A stretch of 64,000 bases of DNA, taken from NCBI RefSeq assembly GCF_006345805.1, contig NC_043002.1, positions 89,280,001 to 89,344,000 on the forward strand, in the 5' to 3' direction. Source of the DNA: Octopus sinensis. Lineage: Eukaryota. This document shows, in pieces, positions 24,949-38,600 of this stretch; positions within the stretch are counted from its first letter, which is position 1; every line of letters starts with the position of its first letter. Below the pieces are notes generated by a model. The model saw nothing but the letters and a program-made list of their open reading frames with translations. It had not been told where the DNA came from and ran no database searches. The position numbers and the translations under genes were made by a program.

Positions 24949-26549
24949 TGAATCTTTTGATGCATGTAATTTAGTGACTCTCACTTTTAGTTACAAAATA
25001 CTTTCTTTTTTTTTTTAAATTAGAGCACTTCTCTGTAGTGTTGTTTTGACTCCAGATCAACTTTTGTAAGGCAGACCTACAACCAAAAGCATTTTGGCTC
25101 TGATCACCCTACTGTTTTATATATTCCAGACTATATTTGCCAATGTGTTTTTCTTTTTTTAAAGATGGCAGGATATAAGTTGATGGAATTTGACTGCTAT
25201 TTCTAGCAGGTCAAGACTACATAGTGGCTCTCCTGTTGACTGAACTTCTCTAGAAGTACATACCTAAAGTGAACTCACACCAGGTATTTCATGACTACTG
25301 ACTCATTCAGACTTCAATTTGTCGAAAAATTATACTAACACAATTTAATCAATTAACATTTCAAGTCAGTATGATTCCAAGAAAAGGAAAAGGTGAATTA
25401 CGTACAAATAGTCAATCACAACAGCAATAATTTATACTACAAAATAAATGCACTTTGTTTGTTTAAGGTCATTATTATTGCAATAGTAGAATAATTATCC
25501 AGGTTAATATGGTTATTAGAAATCCAGTAATTGACAGGGAAGAGAACTGTTTTCAATCTCAAAAAAGTGAAATTAAAACAGCATTGGTCCCAGGTAGGTG
25601 ACATTTTCAAAACAATATTTCTAACACTACTTTTGTTTATTATTTCATGTTTCTTTTTAAGGTAATCTGAGTTGCTACCCTCTAGATCATATCTCAGCTA
25701 TTTGTACAGGATTCTAGTTTATATCAGCTGACATGTCATATACATCAAAGTGCCCAGGAGGTAAAATCTTGAATCTGAAGAAACTGATGGTCTGCAGTAT
25801 TGGTAACAATTAGTCAAAATGAAAGAGAGTTTGGTAAGTTCAGTTACCATGAGGAATGAAGAACCTAATGATTTGGAACCTTATCATGAGAGAGAAAGAG
25901 AGAGAGAGAGAATGTAGTGATGTTATTTTAGAGGTAGTCAAGGAAATGATGATAGAGAATGAAAAAGAGAATAGGTAAGAGAGAGTGAGGTGAATAATGC
26001 GAGAGAAAGCTAGAATTGGAAAGGAAACTTAGAAAGAGCCAGTGCTTCAAGCTAAGCAGGAGTGGGGTTCAAATGCAAAGTGGGGGGGGGGTAGGTGAAA
26101 GAAGTGGGAGACAGAGCAACACTATACACAACGATATTTGAAAAATATTTTAGAAAAAGGCACTCATGGAAGGGGGAAATGCCAGATAGAGGTAGTGTAA
26201 AAGAAGAGGAAGAAGCTATGAATTGGAGTGAGAAGGTTAAAAGCGCTAGTGTCAAGCATAGTAAAGGCTTCCCCTAGAGCTGTAGGTACAAGGGAGCCCA
26301 AGAAAATTCTAAATTTAGTTAAGCCAAATTAACAGTAAACATACTCATAAATGCCCTTATAGACATATGCACGCAAATATTTATGCAAACACACATCCAA
26401 ATACAAGTACATATGAGTATAGGCATTCAAACGTACATACACCCAAAGAATTGATAAAGTATAGATCTAGAACATCCTTAAATGGGGGGAAAAGGAAACA
26501 AACAATGAAGGTAAATATAACAAAAATAGTGGGCTGGAAGGCAAAAATT

Positions 26550-28520
26550 ATAGGAGATTGAGATGTAAGTTCATGCCTTGTAGAACAGAAGTTCCAAGGC
26601 TGAAGAGGAGAACTTTGTTAGAGACCACCACAGACAGATAGGTGGTCAGTGGAATGGTTTACCAACATAAAGTAATGGACTACAGATCTGAAGAATCCTT
26701 GGATGATGTTATAGATATACAGGAAATGCTCACAGAATAGGCCACCCAATCAGTGTTCCATCTTGTCTGTGTACAATACATTGCAAAATTAGCATAATCT
26801 ACTGCATTAGATTTAAGTAGGAAGAATTGAAGTGGTTAGTCATATTGATTGTAGATTTTGTGGTCTAGTAGGAGTATGATTTAGATGATGAAGAGGCATG
26901 CACAACACTGGGGGCTGGAACAAGTGGATAATCCAAGTTGGGAGTGACTATGAATAAGGGAACTTCTGAGCAGAAAGCTAATACACTTGCATCTCTTTTG
27001 AGGGAGAAGAGAAAAGGCTCGAGAAAAATTGGATTGATTGTGGGGTTTAAGTGAAAAAAGGCTGAAATTGATAACAATGTTCTGAAGTAGGTAGGTCACA
27101 GGGTAGAGGATGAGGAAAGGAATAATCTGATAACTAAGCATAGTGTAAGTGCAATTGACTAGTTCATAGCTTGGGCTTGATACAGGGAAGATTCTTTTGA
27201 CAGGCTGCAGACATGTGTGATCTGCTTTAAAAACCAGAGTTTTTACTGCAGAAGAGTTTGAGAAATTATGAGAATGTGATGTAGAGAAGAAAAATTGAAA
27301 CAGGAATGAGAGTTTGTAGGTTTATAGTAAAAAGAAGTGCAAAGGTAGATGACAACCAGGAGGTTTACTAGATTTAGTTCATAGTCTCTACTACCCAGAT
27401 GACTTAATCAGCAGTGGAGGTAGGTGTTTTAGACATTGTGAAAAAAGATTCAGGTAATTATTACCTCCATTGGCAATAAAAGGTTTCTCTCATTGACTGA
27501 AAGGCAGATTATATGATGTTGATATGTGAAGTGTAATGTTGTATGATAGCAAGACATGGGCAATGAATGTGAAGGCTAGATGTGTAATGTTAGTGGGCCT
27601 GAATGATGAAGTGCATGTATCCTTAGAGAGGAAATGGGAATTAGAGGAATCAGTTGTAGTGTACAAGAAAGAAAACTGTGCTGGTAAGGACATTGTGATG
27701 TGTATAGAGGCTAACAGTTTGGTAAAGAAGGCTCAAGCATTCTAGTTGGAAGGAGCCTGTAGAAAAAGATAAAGGATGTAATGAAAGCTAATCTCGAGAT
27801 GCTGAATCTTATGAAAGATATAATACAAAGTTGTAACAAGAGGTGAAATGCTATGTTAGAGCAGTTATAGCCAACCATTGCAGTGGGAAGCAGTCAGTTT
27901 TAGCATTGTGAGATTGCCTCAAGAGGATTGCAAGCCTGACATTTATCATGACTTTGATGATTTTTAGCAGTATATTAGAAGAAGCATGTAATACAAGACT
28001 CTTAACTCAATATATGTAGTGATTGACTTTTAGAGCTGTTGAAGCAGAATGGGTTGTCTCAACAGGATATTTTCAAATTATCTGTTGATGAAGCAGTACA
28101 TGTGTGGAATGGAATGTGGTTCAAAGAACGGCTCATTGGAGCAAATTTAAAGGGCTGTACAGGTCACCTGCACACATGGGTTACAGATTAAACATCTGCT
28201 ACTAGAATAATCAGCAGAGAATTGCAGAGTTTCAACCAGCTAGCTGACTTAAATACCATGAGCATGGGTTGTTGTGTACAAGAATGATATAAAATGGGTT
28301 GCCTTAATGAGACTGAATCTCATAAGGGCAAAGATTGAGATAGTTAGGGAAAAGCTAAATCTAGAGGAGAGAAAGAGTTCGAGGATGCTTGGAGAGTCTG
28401 AGATATGTGTAGGTGAGGAAAATTTCTGATTCAGTCTGATCAAGATGGAAAATGATTTGGTCTCTGCACCAGTAGTGTTGGAGTGTACAAGCTTTAGAAG
28501 AATTTTGAGTATTGAAATCA
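26550..28520 (-). mobile_element. Highly degenerate CR1-like LINE (endonuclease region), interrupted by an RTE fragment at ~27430-27850 (+)
   Basis: LLKLVHSNTTG resembles an APE-domain N-terminus; the RTE piece reads MLYDSKTWAM. Confidence 0.4.
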
Positions 28521-29751
28521 ACCAAAAATAAATAATGGCTTCAGGTGAAATTAAATAGATATTTTCAAGAGAGAATCACACATACACACACACACACGTT
28601 ATTTGTCTATTTAAACTAAATAGTTATTTCATGACTCAAATTTCATACTACTGCGATCTTCATGTGAAAAGCCTGTTCTCACATGAAGATTGCAGTGGTT
28701 CAAAACTTGAAAGAGAGTTAAACAAATGTTAGCTGTTTGAAGCTTTTAGAGAGATAGAGAAGATAGTTTTTTTGTTTTGTTTGTTTGTTTTTTTTTAATC
28801 AGAATAATTGGAATATTTTATTGCTTCTAGCCAGGTGAGTACATATACCACCAATCTGAAAGTTTGACTTGAGAGTGTACTCTTGACAGCTGACATGAAT
28901 AACACAGAGAATGAGAGATTTGTGTCTCAGAAAGAAATAAGAGTTGTAAATAGTATTAGTAGTGGTAGTCAGACTCAATGTTAGACCAAAGTCCATGGAC
29001 ACTGATGTAGCGGAAAAAAATGTCCAGTCAATTATTTTGTTCATTCGTGTGTGTTTCTTTTTCTTTTTATCTCAAATCAAATTATATTACAATAATTCAA
29101 TAATTTAAACAGTTGTGATTTCACTTAAAAAACATAATTAATAGTTTAATATTTGTAGTCAGGGATTTTGTTTCTAGCACCAACTTCACAATTAACAAAA
29201 AGAAAGGGAGAATTTGCAGAACTTTCCAGGGTTCATAACATTGATAGCAGTAGTATCATCATCAAAATGTAATTCTATTAAATTTGGTCTGAGTTTGAAG
29301 TCAAGTATACAGTTTACAATATCTTCATAGCACTGACACACAACATATCAAGAACCTAAGTACGTAAGATAGAAGATGAAGGATTAGAGACTAAATTGAT
29401 ATTACAGGGAAAATAATAAATAAATATAGATAATAATGACTAGTTTTGTATTAGTTTTAGCAACAACTCAAGACGGAGTCTAAGAAGCTAATTATGAAAG
29501 ATTTTTTGTTGACTTTGATTCTGTTCATTTGCAGTTATGTGTTAGAGAGAGAGAGAGAGATGGGGGGAAAAAGAGAATTTCAGAAGAAAACAGAAATAGT
29601 AAGAAAATAGGAGAAAGCAGGAGGAAAATAATTTCACTGGGTAATAATGAATTAGAGAAGTAAGTGAAGAACTTTCAACACAAAGATGGTTTGCTATCTA
29701 TGTAGAAATCAAAATTTAGTTGATCACACAATAAAACTGTTGACACAATAT

Positions 29752-29886
29752 TTATCGTTGGAAAAATTGAGGATTTTTCTCTATAAAATCTACTAGTTTT
29801 GTAGGGTAATCTGTCATGATTCCAGTGGCACCATGTTTAAAACCTTTGGCAAACTCATCGTCGTCGTTTAACACCCAGAGATATAC
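29752..29886 (-). CDS. GDPD1: GDPD1 terminal coding exon (VYLWVLNDDDEFAKGFKHGATGIMTDYPTKLVDFIEKNPQFFQR*)
   Basis: Within ORF 29752..29985; TAA at 29754-29752. Confidence 0.96.
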   Translation of the reverse strand, partial: VYLWVLNDDDEFAKGFKHGATGIMTDYPTKLVDFIEKNPQFFQR

Positions 29887-32800
29887 CTGTGGTAAACAAA
29901 AACATATATATATTTGAACACACAAATTGAATAAGTAAAAACGTGTATGGAAAATAGTTAAAATATGTATAGAAAACAAATACAAAAGAACAATAAATGA
30001 CTTTTAATGTGTGAAAAATGTAAAAAGAGAGCTTTTAAACATTATTTAATTTCCCTAAATCAGAAATAGGGAGCCTTTTTCAAGAGGTGTGCCACCTGAG
30101 GCATGGTTTATCATCAGGTGAGCCACTACTAAAAAAATTAAAGATAGCTTCCATTAGGCATGCCATTCAGAGAGTCCTGTGGGCCAGAGCTTACTCATGA
30201 CCACTCTAAATATTTCAGAAACGATTAATCTTTTTACTGTTTTTGAGACTGCATGCACATTGTGTGTGCATCATGTTTAGTCAAAATTGTTTAGAAGCTC
30301 CTCCAAGTCCCTCGTTTAACTGGTGCAAAATCCAAACAATATTACCGATGCCAGCGCCGCCTTGGCTGGCTTCCGTGCCGGTGGCACGTTAAAAGCACCA
30401 ATCCGATCGTGGCCGATGCCAGATCCCCCCCCTGGCACCTGTGCAGGTGGCACGTAAAAAGCACCCACTACACTCGTGGAGTGGTTGGCGTTAGGAAGGG
30501 CATCCAGCCGTAGAAACACTGCCAGATCAGACTGGAGCCTGGTGCAGCCCCTGGCTTCCCAGACCCCAGTCAAACCGTCCAACCTGTGCTAGCGCGGAAA
30601 ACGGACGTTAAACGATGATGATGATTATGTAAAGGTACAAAATAATCTCACATATACAAAAATATACATGCTTTACATTACTGCAGAAGAAATCTAGATT
30701 TCAGCCAACATCACATGTGTAAATTAAGGAATAACTGGCATTTTTTATACAATTTTACCATGGACAGAAATAGAGGTGTCACTTGGACTGGTTTCAGAGT
30801 TCATTGGGATTCCAACAGTATTTTACTACCTATCTCTAACAATCAATGATAATATACAAACCAACAATTAATTAAAAGATCCCTAGCATAACTCAATTTG
30901 GTATTCATTAAATACAAACAATAACTCTGAGCACCTTTTCAAACTCCACCCATCTAACACCCGTGGACATATTTACAAAGTCAGAAAACAGAACAGCTCC
31001 CATGACTTCAGGAAACATTTTTTCACACTGAGAGTTGCTGAAGCATGGAACAAACTGCCGGCATCAGTTGTTAGTTGTCGGAGCACTGCATCCTTCAAAA
31101 CTTCCGTGCTTTCTGAGATTCGCCAACACTACACCTGATTTTCTCCCCTCCACACTCACACAGGCATGTATCTGACTCATACATTGTTCGCTTTCCAGAC
31201 ATTTTTACATTACTGCATGTACTTTATATGCACTTTCTGACAAGTTGTGGTGCACCTGAGCACTGTATACAATAATTTCATTATTATTATTATTATACCT
31301 TTCTATAATTTAAAACCAGTGAATAATTTAATCCCAAAACCAATTAAAAATATTTTACTGAATTAGTTAAAACTGAGTAATTTGTTCTTATCTTGTGCAT
31401 GGAGAAATAAATCTCAATCATAAAAAGAAAAAAAAGTCAAAAAGAAACTTGCATTAATAATGCATCGTTAGACATAAAACATGCCAGGAGAAGTTAATGA
31501 AAATTCACAACAGGTATTATTTTCAAGAATCCTGCAAGTTTTTAATGTATTTCTCTTAGTTTAAAACCAGTAATAACAGACTGAAAATATCTTTTAGAAA
31601 CAGTTAAAAATAGGAGCCTTTCACACACAATCTGATCTTATAACTCTGCTAGTCATGTTGCTTAGTATGGAATGAACTGTTCATTTCTAAATTGAAAGGA
31701 AAGGATTAAAATCCTTAACTAAAGTCCATTACTTGAACTTGCTTTAAATTGTTACTGAATTGACAAAAGTCATTAGAATAACTTGCAGTATTTATTTCAG
31801 CCTTCTGCACTGAGTTAACTTTGCTTGTCATTCTTTCAGTGTAAATTAATAAAGTACCAGTCCAAAGAGTGGACAAGCAGCATTGTTAGAGTGTCTGACA
31901 AGCTTCCTTGTTATGTATTCTACTCCTCTGCATTCTGAGATCATATTCCACCAAGGTACCAATGATCAGCACTAATCACCCAACAACAGGAATAATCTCT
32001 CCAACCCTTAAGTGGCCATGTGGTCACATAAATCTACAACTAGCATAGATAAGCCAGCCACACAGTATACAGTGGTATTTATTGGGCTGAATGAAAGAGT
32101 TGCAGGAAATCTATGAAGAGATTCAAATCTCACGAGAGAATGAGATCAATCATTAAAAACATACTAAAGTACAACAAAGCCACTATACAGTTACTTGACG
32201 TGCAAGCTTTAGCAGTCAAATCTACATTACCTACCATCTTAAATAATGAAAGATACATTAGACAATGTAATCCAAGATATACAAAACAACATGGAACAGT
32301 CATAGCAGGAACATTATCATAGCTCTGTCTGATTAAAACTGATTTGGTGTTAGAGAATAACAACTAAAGGAAATGACATGATGAAATTCATAAAATAAGG
32401 CCTCTAAAGCAACATAATATCATCATCATCATTGTTCGACCGTAGTCGAGACAATGGAATTTACCATGCTACACCAGACTTCATGGTCCATCATAGCATT
32501 ACGGAGGTCCAGTTGCTGGATGCCTGTATCCCTGGAGATTACATCAGGGTAGGAGAGTGTGCGCCCTCTGGTATCATTTGTAGATGGCTTCCAGAGGAGA
32601 AGAGTAGAAATTGCCTCGTTTTCAGTTCTACAACAAAGATTGAGCACTTTTGCTCAATCTTTGCAACCACACACTTTCCACTTTTGTAGCTCCAAAGATT
32701 TGGCACCAATCTCAAATCATCCCAATACCCAAAAAAGGCGATTTATCCCGTCACCAACTACAGGGGTATATCTCTAATGTCAATTGCTGCAAAATTGTAC

Positions 32801-33439
32801 AACAAACTGATTCTAAACCGTCTCGTCCTTTTTGTTGAACCTTTGCTCTGAAAGAACCGAAATGGATTCAACATAATATCACTAACAAGATAAGGGATTT
32901 ATGTACAACAACAATTACATGGACTATAAAAAGAGAAATAATAAAATAAATTACCTGAATGCCTCGTTTTTCTAAATGTTCAAATAAAAGTGGTCGCATA
33001 AGAATTCTGGATAAAAAATAGGAAAAAGAATTACATGTCTATAAAAATGCATAAGAAAATGATGAATGATGATATAATACAGAAATATGAAATGATTGCA
33101 AGGAGCAATGATAGCATTACAACCAGAAATATATTCTTATTTCATAGATATATTTTTAAATGATTTGTACAATATAAGTTAGGTTTTGAAACTACATATA
33201 GTATTTTACATTTAGTATTTCCCTTTAACATTCCATTTATCTTTTTCCATTGTTTTGAATTAACCACGTATCATCTCATAGCTTCAGGATTATATATTTT
33301 TAGAATGACATTGTAAGGTGGGTGTGAGGGGCTGAATCTGATTAGTTTGAACATAAAACAGATAAAATATTTGGGATGGATACGACCAGTTCAAATGCTA
33401 AAGAGTTAAAATATTAAAATGGATATTTAATTAAAAAAC

Positions 33440-33470
<31 letters not shown>

Positions 33471-34198
33471 CAAAATATACATATATGACAGGCTTCCTCA
33501 CAATTTCCACCATTCAAATTCCACCCAGAATGGTCAACTCAAAACTGCAGTAGCAGACATTTGTCAAAGGTGCAATTAAATGGAATTGAACCTGAAACCT
33601 AAATGGTTGCAAAGCAATCTTCTTAACCACACAGATTACTGATGACACTGAGTGAGTTTTGCTTGTTTTTAATGCACAGGTCTCTGGCACCTAGTGCCAT
33701 TCTATATTTCTACATATATTATAGACATTATTATAATTTAATGTAATGTAGTTACAAGTTACACATTTAATATATAGTATTAAGTTGGCAAGCTATCAGA
33801 ACTGTTAGCACACTAGGCAAAATGCTTGGCAGCATTTCATCCATCTTTACGTTCTGAGTTCAAATCCTGCTGAGATCAACTTTGCCTTTCATCCTCTCAG
33901 AGTCAATAAAATAAACTACAAATTGAGCATTGGGATCGATGTAATTGATTTACCCCTTCTGCCAAATTTCTGGCCTTGTGCTAAAAATTTGAAACCAATA
34001 TAATATATAGTATTTGTATTATTTATTTATTTAGGCGCAGGAGTGGCTGTGTGGTAAGTAGCTTGTTTACCAACCACATGGTTCCGGGTTCAGTCCTACT
34101 GCGTGGCACCTTGGGCAAGTGTCTTCTACTGTAGCCTCGGGCCGACCAAAGCCTTGTGAGTGGATTTGGTAGACGGAAACTGAAAGAAGCCCATGGTA

Positions 34199-34229
<31 letters not shown>

Positions 34230-34929
34230 GCGTTTGTGTGTCTGTGTGTGTTTATGTCCTCGTTACTTAGCGGTTCGGCAAAAGAGACCGATAGAACAAG
34301 TACTGGGCTTACAAAAAGAATAAGTCCCAGGGTCAAGTTGCTCGATTAAAGGCGGTGCTCCAGCATGGCCGCAGTCAAATGACTGAAACAAGTAAAAGAG
34401 TAAAAAAAGAGAGAGTATTTACTTACATGTCACAGAATTGTATTAACAGTCTTCTGTTCTTGCTGAATTGAAGTAGGGACTTTTTTTCACTAAAGAAAAT
34501 AAATAAATGTATATAAACAAACAGGCAAAATTTAAATTAGTTTCTTTTTTTTTTGTTCAAATTTATTGAGTGTAACAGTGTGACATAACACTAGCACTAG
34601 TCAATAAATTATAGGGAAAATCAATTTATTATCAAACATAATTGACACAGGAGAAATGAAAATATTTAGCATTGATGGAAAGTATTATAGCAGTATTAAG
34701 AGATAAATGAGTATTTAATTATAAATTTCTTGCAGGTAAAACCTTTGTTAGTTTCTTAACTGTAATAATTTATACCAGCTCAGCTATAGTCTGTCAGAAC
34801 AACTGATATTTCTGATGCAAAAACAACAACTAATCCTAGGTGCTATGCAGTGGGACTGAACCCAGAATCACATGGTTGCAAAGTGAACTTTTTAACCACA
34901 CAGCCATCATATATATGTATATGTAAATG

Positions 34930-34993
<64 letters not shown>

Positions 34994-35323
34994 AAAAAGG
35001 AGATGTGGAATACGAGTTGTGATATATAAAAAAAGGAAATGAAGAAAATGCTGACAAAATAATTTAAGTAAGGGAGAGTGTATTTAATTAGGTGAAAGTT
35101 CTTTTTACTGGTTGCACATTTGTTATGCTTATCAAAAGATATTTTTTAAGAGAGATAGAGTTCCTTTCTGATAGATTTTTTTCTATCAGAAAGGAACTCT
35201 ATCTCTCTTAAAAAAATATCTTTTGATAAGCATAACAAATGTGCAACCGGTAAAAAGAACTTTCACCTAATTAAATACACTCTCCCTTACTTAAATTATT
35301 TTGTCAGCATTTTCTTCATTTCC

Positions 35324-35370
<47 letters not shown>

Positions 35371-35659
35371 CAAGGTCGTTGCCAGTGCCGCTGGACTGGC
35401 TCCTGTGCAGGTGGCACATAAAAAGCACCATTTGAATGTGGCTGTTGCCAGTACCGCCTGACTGGCCCTCATGCCGGTGGCACGTAAAAGCACCCACTAC
35501 ATTCTTGGAATGGTTGGCATTAGAAAGGGCATCCAGCTGTAGAAACTCTGCCTGATCAGATTGGAGTCTGATGCAGCCATCTGGTTCGCCCGACCTCAGT
35601 CAAGTCGTCCAACCCATGCTAGCATGGAAAGCGGACGTTAGACGATGATGATGATGATG

Positions 35660-35695
<36 letters not shown>

Positions 35696-38600
35696 GTGAG
35701 AGAAATAAAAACCTTAATTCATAAAAGTGAACAAATGAAAAAAGACCATAAAAAAGTAATAACACTTACTCTAAGACGATACTAGGCATTATGACTTCAA
35801 GGAAACTTTCCTTTATTGGCACGAAAGGTAATAATCCACTGTAGAATAATGCCAACAAAATGAGGACTCGACGAAATGAAAATACCAATGGAATTCTAGG
35901 ATTCTGAAATATAGCAAATATATACCATATTAACATTTTCAGTCTATAATTAAATTAAATTAAATCCCTGCCATTATCACATTCACATACACCACTCCAT
36001 TCTTTATTATAGCAACCCTAGAAACTAGTTCATGATATTATTATCTAGTTTCTATCAACCACTTCTATGACATCATTACAATAGTCTGATTAGCAAAAAT
36101 TAAGGCAACAGTCCTTGCATTGCTTAGTTCTCATGCATTCATTTACTTACATTCACAACAAATGTATTGTGAATCCTTCTTCAAACCATTCCCACCAGCC
36201 ATCCTGTCTTTATCACTGACTTCTCCATCACCTGTCTAACTGCAGTATTCTGCTACTGTAATTAAATATAAGCAGAACTGCATATTTCACTATCTTTCTC
36301 TCTGGGATCATTTATCTTTCTCACTACTTGAAACCACTAGCGACCCTTCCGTTTGCCGCTCCCAGACCCCACAAAAAGCACATATTGCCTACAGCAGACC
36401 CAAAAGTGCTCCCTACTAGTGCTTGAAACCATTTCAACTGCTAGCCATCCCACATTTTCAATACTGTCCATTTCCACCAGCATTTTATATTGATCGTCTT
36501 TCAGTGTCACCAAATCATCTCTCTGCTTGTAACTTGCAACCTTCGGAGAAGTACAAATGTAAATAATACACAAGCACAAAAACATGATGGATTTCTTTCA
36601 GTTTCTGTCTATCAAAGCCACTCAAAGTTTTGGCTGGCCTGAGAAATGATGTGGTTGAGAAGCAGGCTTTTCAACTACATGGTCATGTCTGAACATATAT
36701 ATATATATACGCACATACATAGACAGACAGATACAGATTGTGTGTGTGTAGATAGATAGACACACACACATACATACATACATACATACATTACATACAT
36801 TACATACATACATACATTACATACATACATATAGTCACAGAGTGTATGCTGAAATGCACATAATATTGTTATTATTTAAGGTACTCATTTGTTTTCCAAG
36901 TGAAAAATTGCTCAATTAGACAATATACTTACACATTTGAAGCATTTACCATTAATAGTTTCTTGTCTGTTTCCCCATACTGTGATTTCTTCTCTATTGT
37001 ATTCCTTCACTAGATCAGAAACCTACAGTAAGAAATATTTCAACAATAACTATACTGCAGTTCTATATATTTTTTTAATAAATTGAATAATATGAAAGAA
37101 ATTTAATAAAATAATGTTCTTTAGTTAATTGTCATTATTTACAGCTACAATTAAAAAGATCTGATTAGATGTAATTATCATTACCATTCAAAGGGCATAT
37201 ATCTGAACAATACCACAAGTAGAATGAGAGGATTTTTTTGTCATTATTATTTTACAATGATTAAGAAACAAATATCAGTTGCTATGGCTGACCCTTCCTT
37301 GATTTCATTTAAATACTTATGGTGTTCTCATCTTTTAATAATTAATTTAATTAACCCTTTAGCATTCAGATTACTTAGTCAAATGCAATGCTTTATTCAT
37401 ATTGTTTTGAATTAATCATGCATTATCTTGTAGCTTTGAGATTTCAACAACGTGATTATTGATTTTTGGAATGACATTGTAGGGTGAGTATGAGAGGCTG
37501 AATCTAGCTGTTTTGAACATAAGACAAGTAGAATATTTGGGCTGGACATTAGGCTGGTTTAACCCTTCAACATTTAAATCGGCCATATCCAGCCAAAACA
37601 CTCTATTTGCTTTAAGTTCAAACTGGTCACATCAACCCAACAATATCATTCTAAAAATTAACAGTTACTCTTCAAATTGTCAAAGCTACAAGATAAAGCA
37701 TGATTAATTCAAAACAATGTGAATAAATAAGCATTACTTTTGACAGAGTTAAATGCCAAAGGTTAATATAGTAATGTTTAATTGAATTATAACTTACTTT
37801 AGATCATTTGATTTGGCTTTATTTATTTAATAAGTGCAGAATTTAGATTTCACTTTCAGTCTTTTAGTCTTAATATTTTATCCATAGAGGCTCACTGGAG
37901 GATACTGTTTAAAGAACAATGACTGGGGTGAAGGATATTTTTGTAATATAGCTCTAATGAAGGATAATGTTGAGAAGAGAATAACTGGGGAGGGGAAAAA
38001 ATGGTGTGGAATATGAAAATTAAAAAAACTTGAAAGAAATTCAGTTCATTGGAACAGCATCTCATAATTTAGTTAATAAATATAAACCTGTGGTAGAGGT
38101 AGACCCAGGAAGACATGGAACGAGGTGTTGAAGCATGATCTTCAAACTTTGGGCCTCACAGAGGCAATGACTAGTGACCGAGACATTTGGTGATATGCTG
38201 TACTTGAGAAAACCTATCAAGCCAAATGAAATCATAGTCACGGCCGATGCTGGTGTCACATAGAAAGCACCTTTTGAACGTTGGGCTTCACAGAAGCAAA
38301 GTGGCAGAGATCCTTTCAAGTGTTGGGCCTCAAGGATGCAATGACTGAGACCTTTGGAATTATGTCGTGCTTGAGAAGAAGATCTATCAAGCAAAGTAAA
38401 ATCACAGTTGTGGAAGGTACTGGTGTCATGCTGGTGGCATGTAAAAGCACCCATTACACTCTCCAAGTGGTTGGCATTAGGAAGGGCATCCTGCCATAGA
38501 AACTACGCCAAATGAAACTGGACTCTGGTGCAGCCTTCCAGCTTGCCAGCCCTGGTCAAACTGTCCAACCCACACCAGCATAGATAATGGATATTAAATG

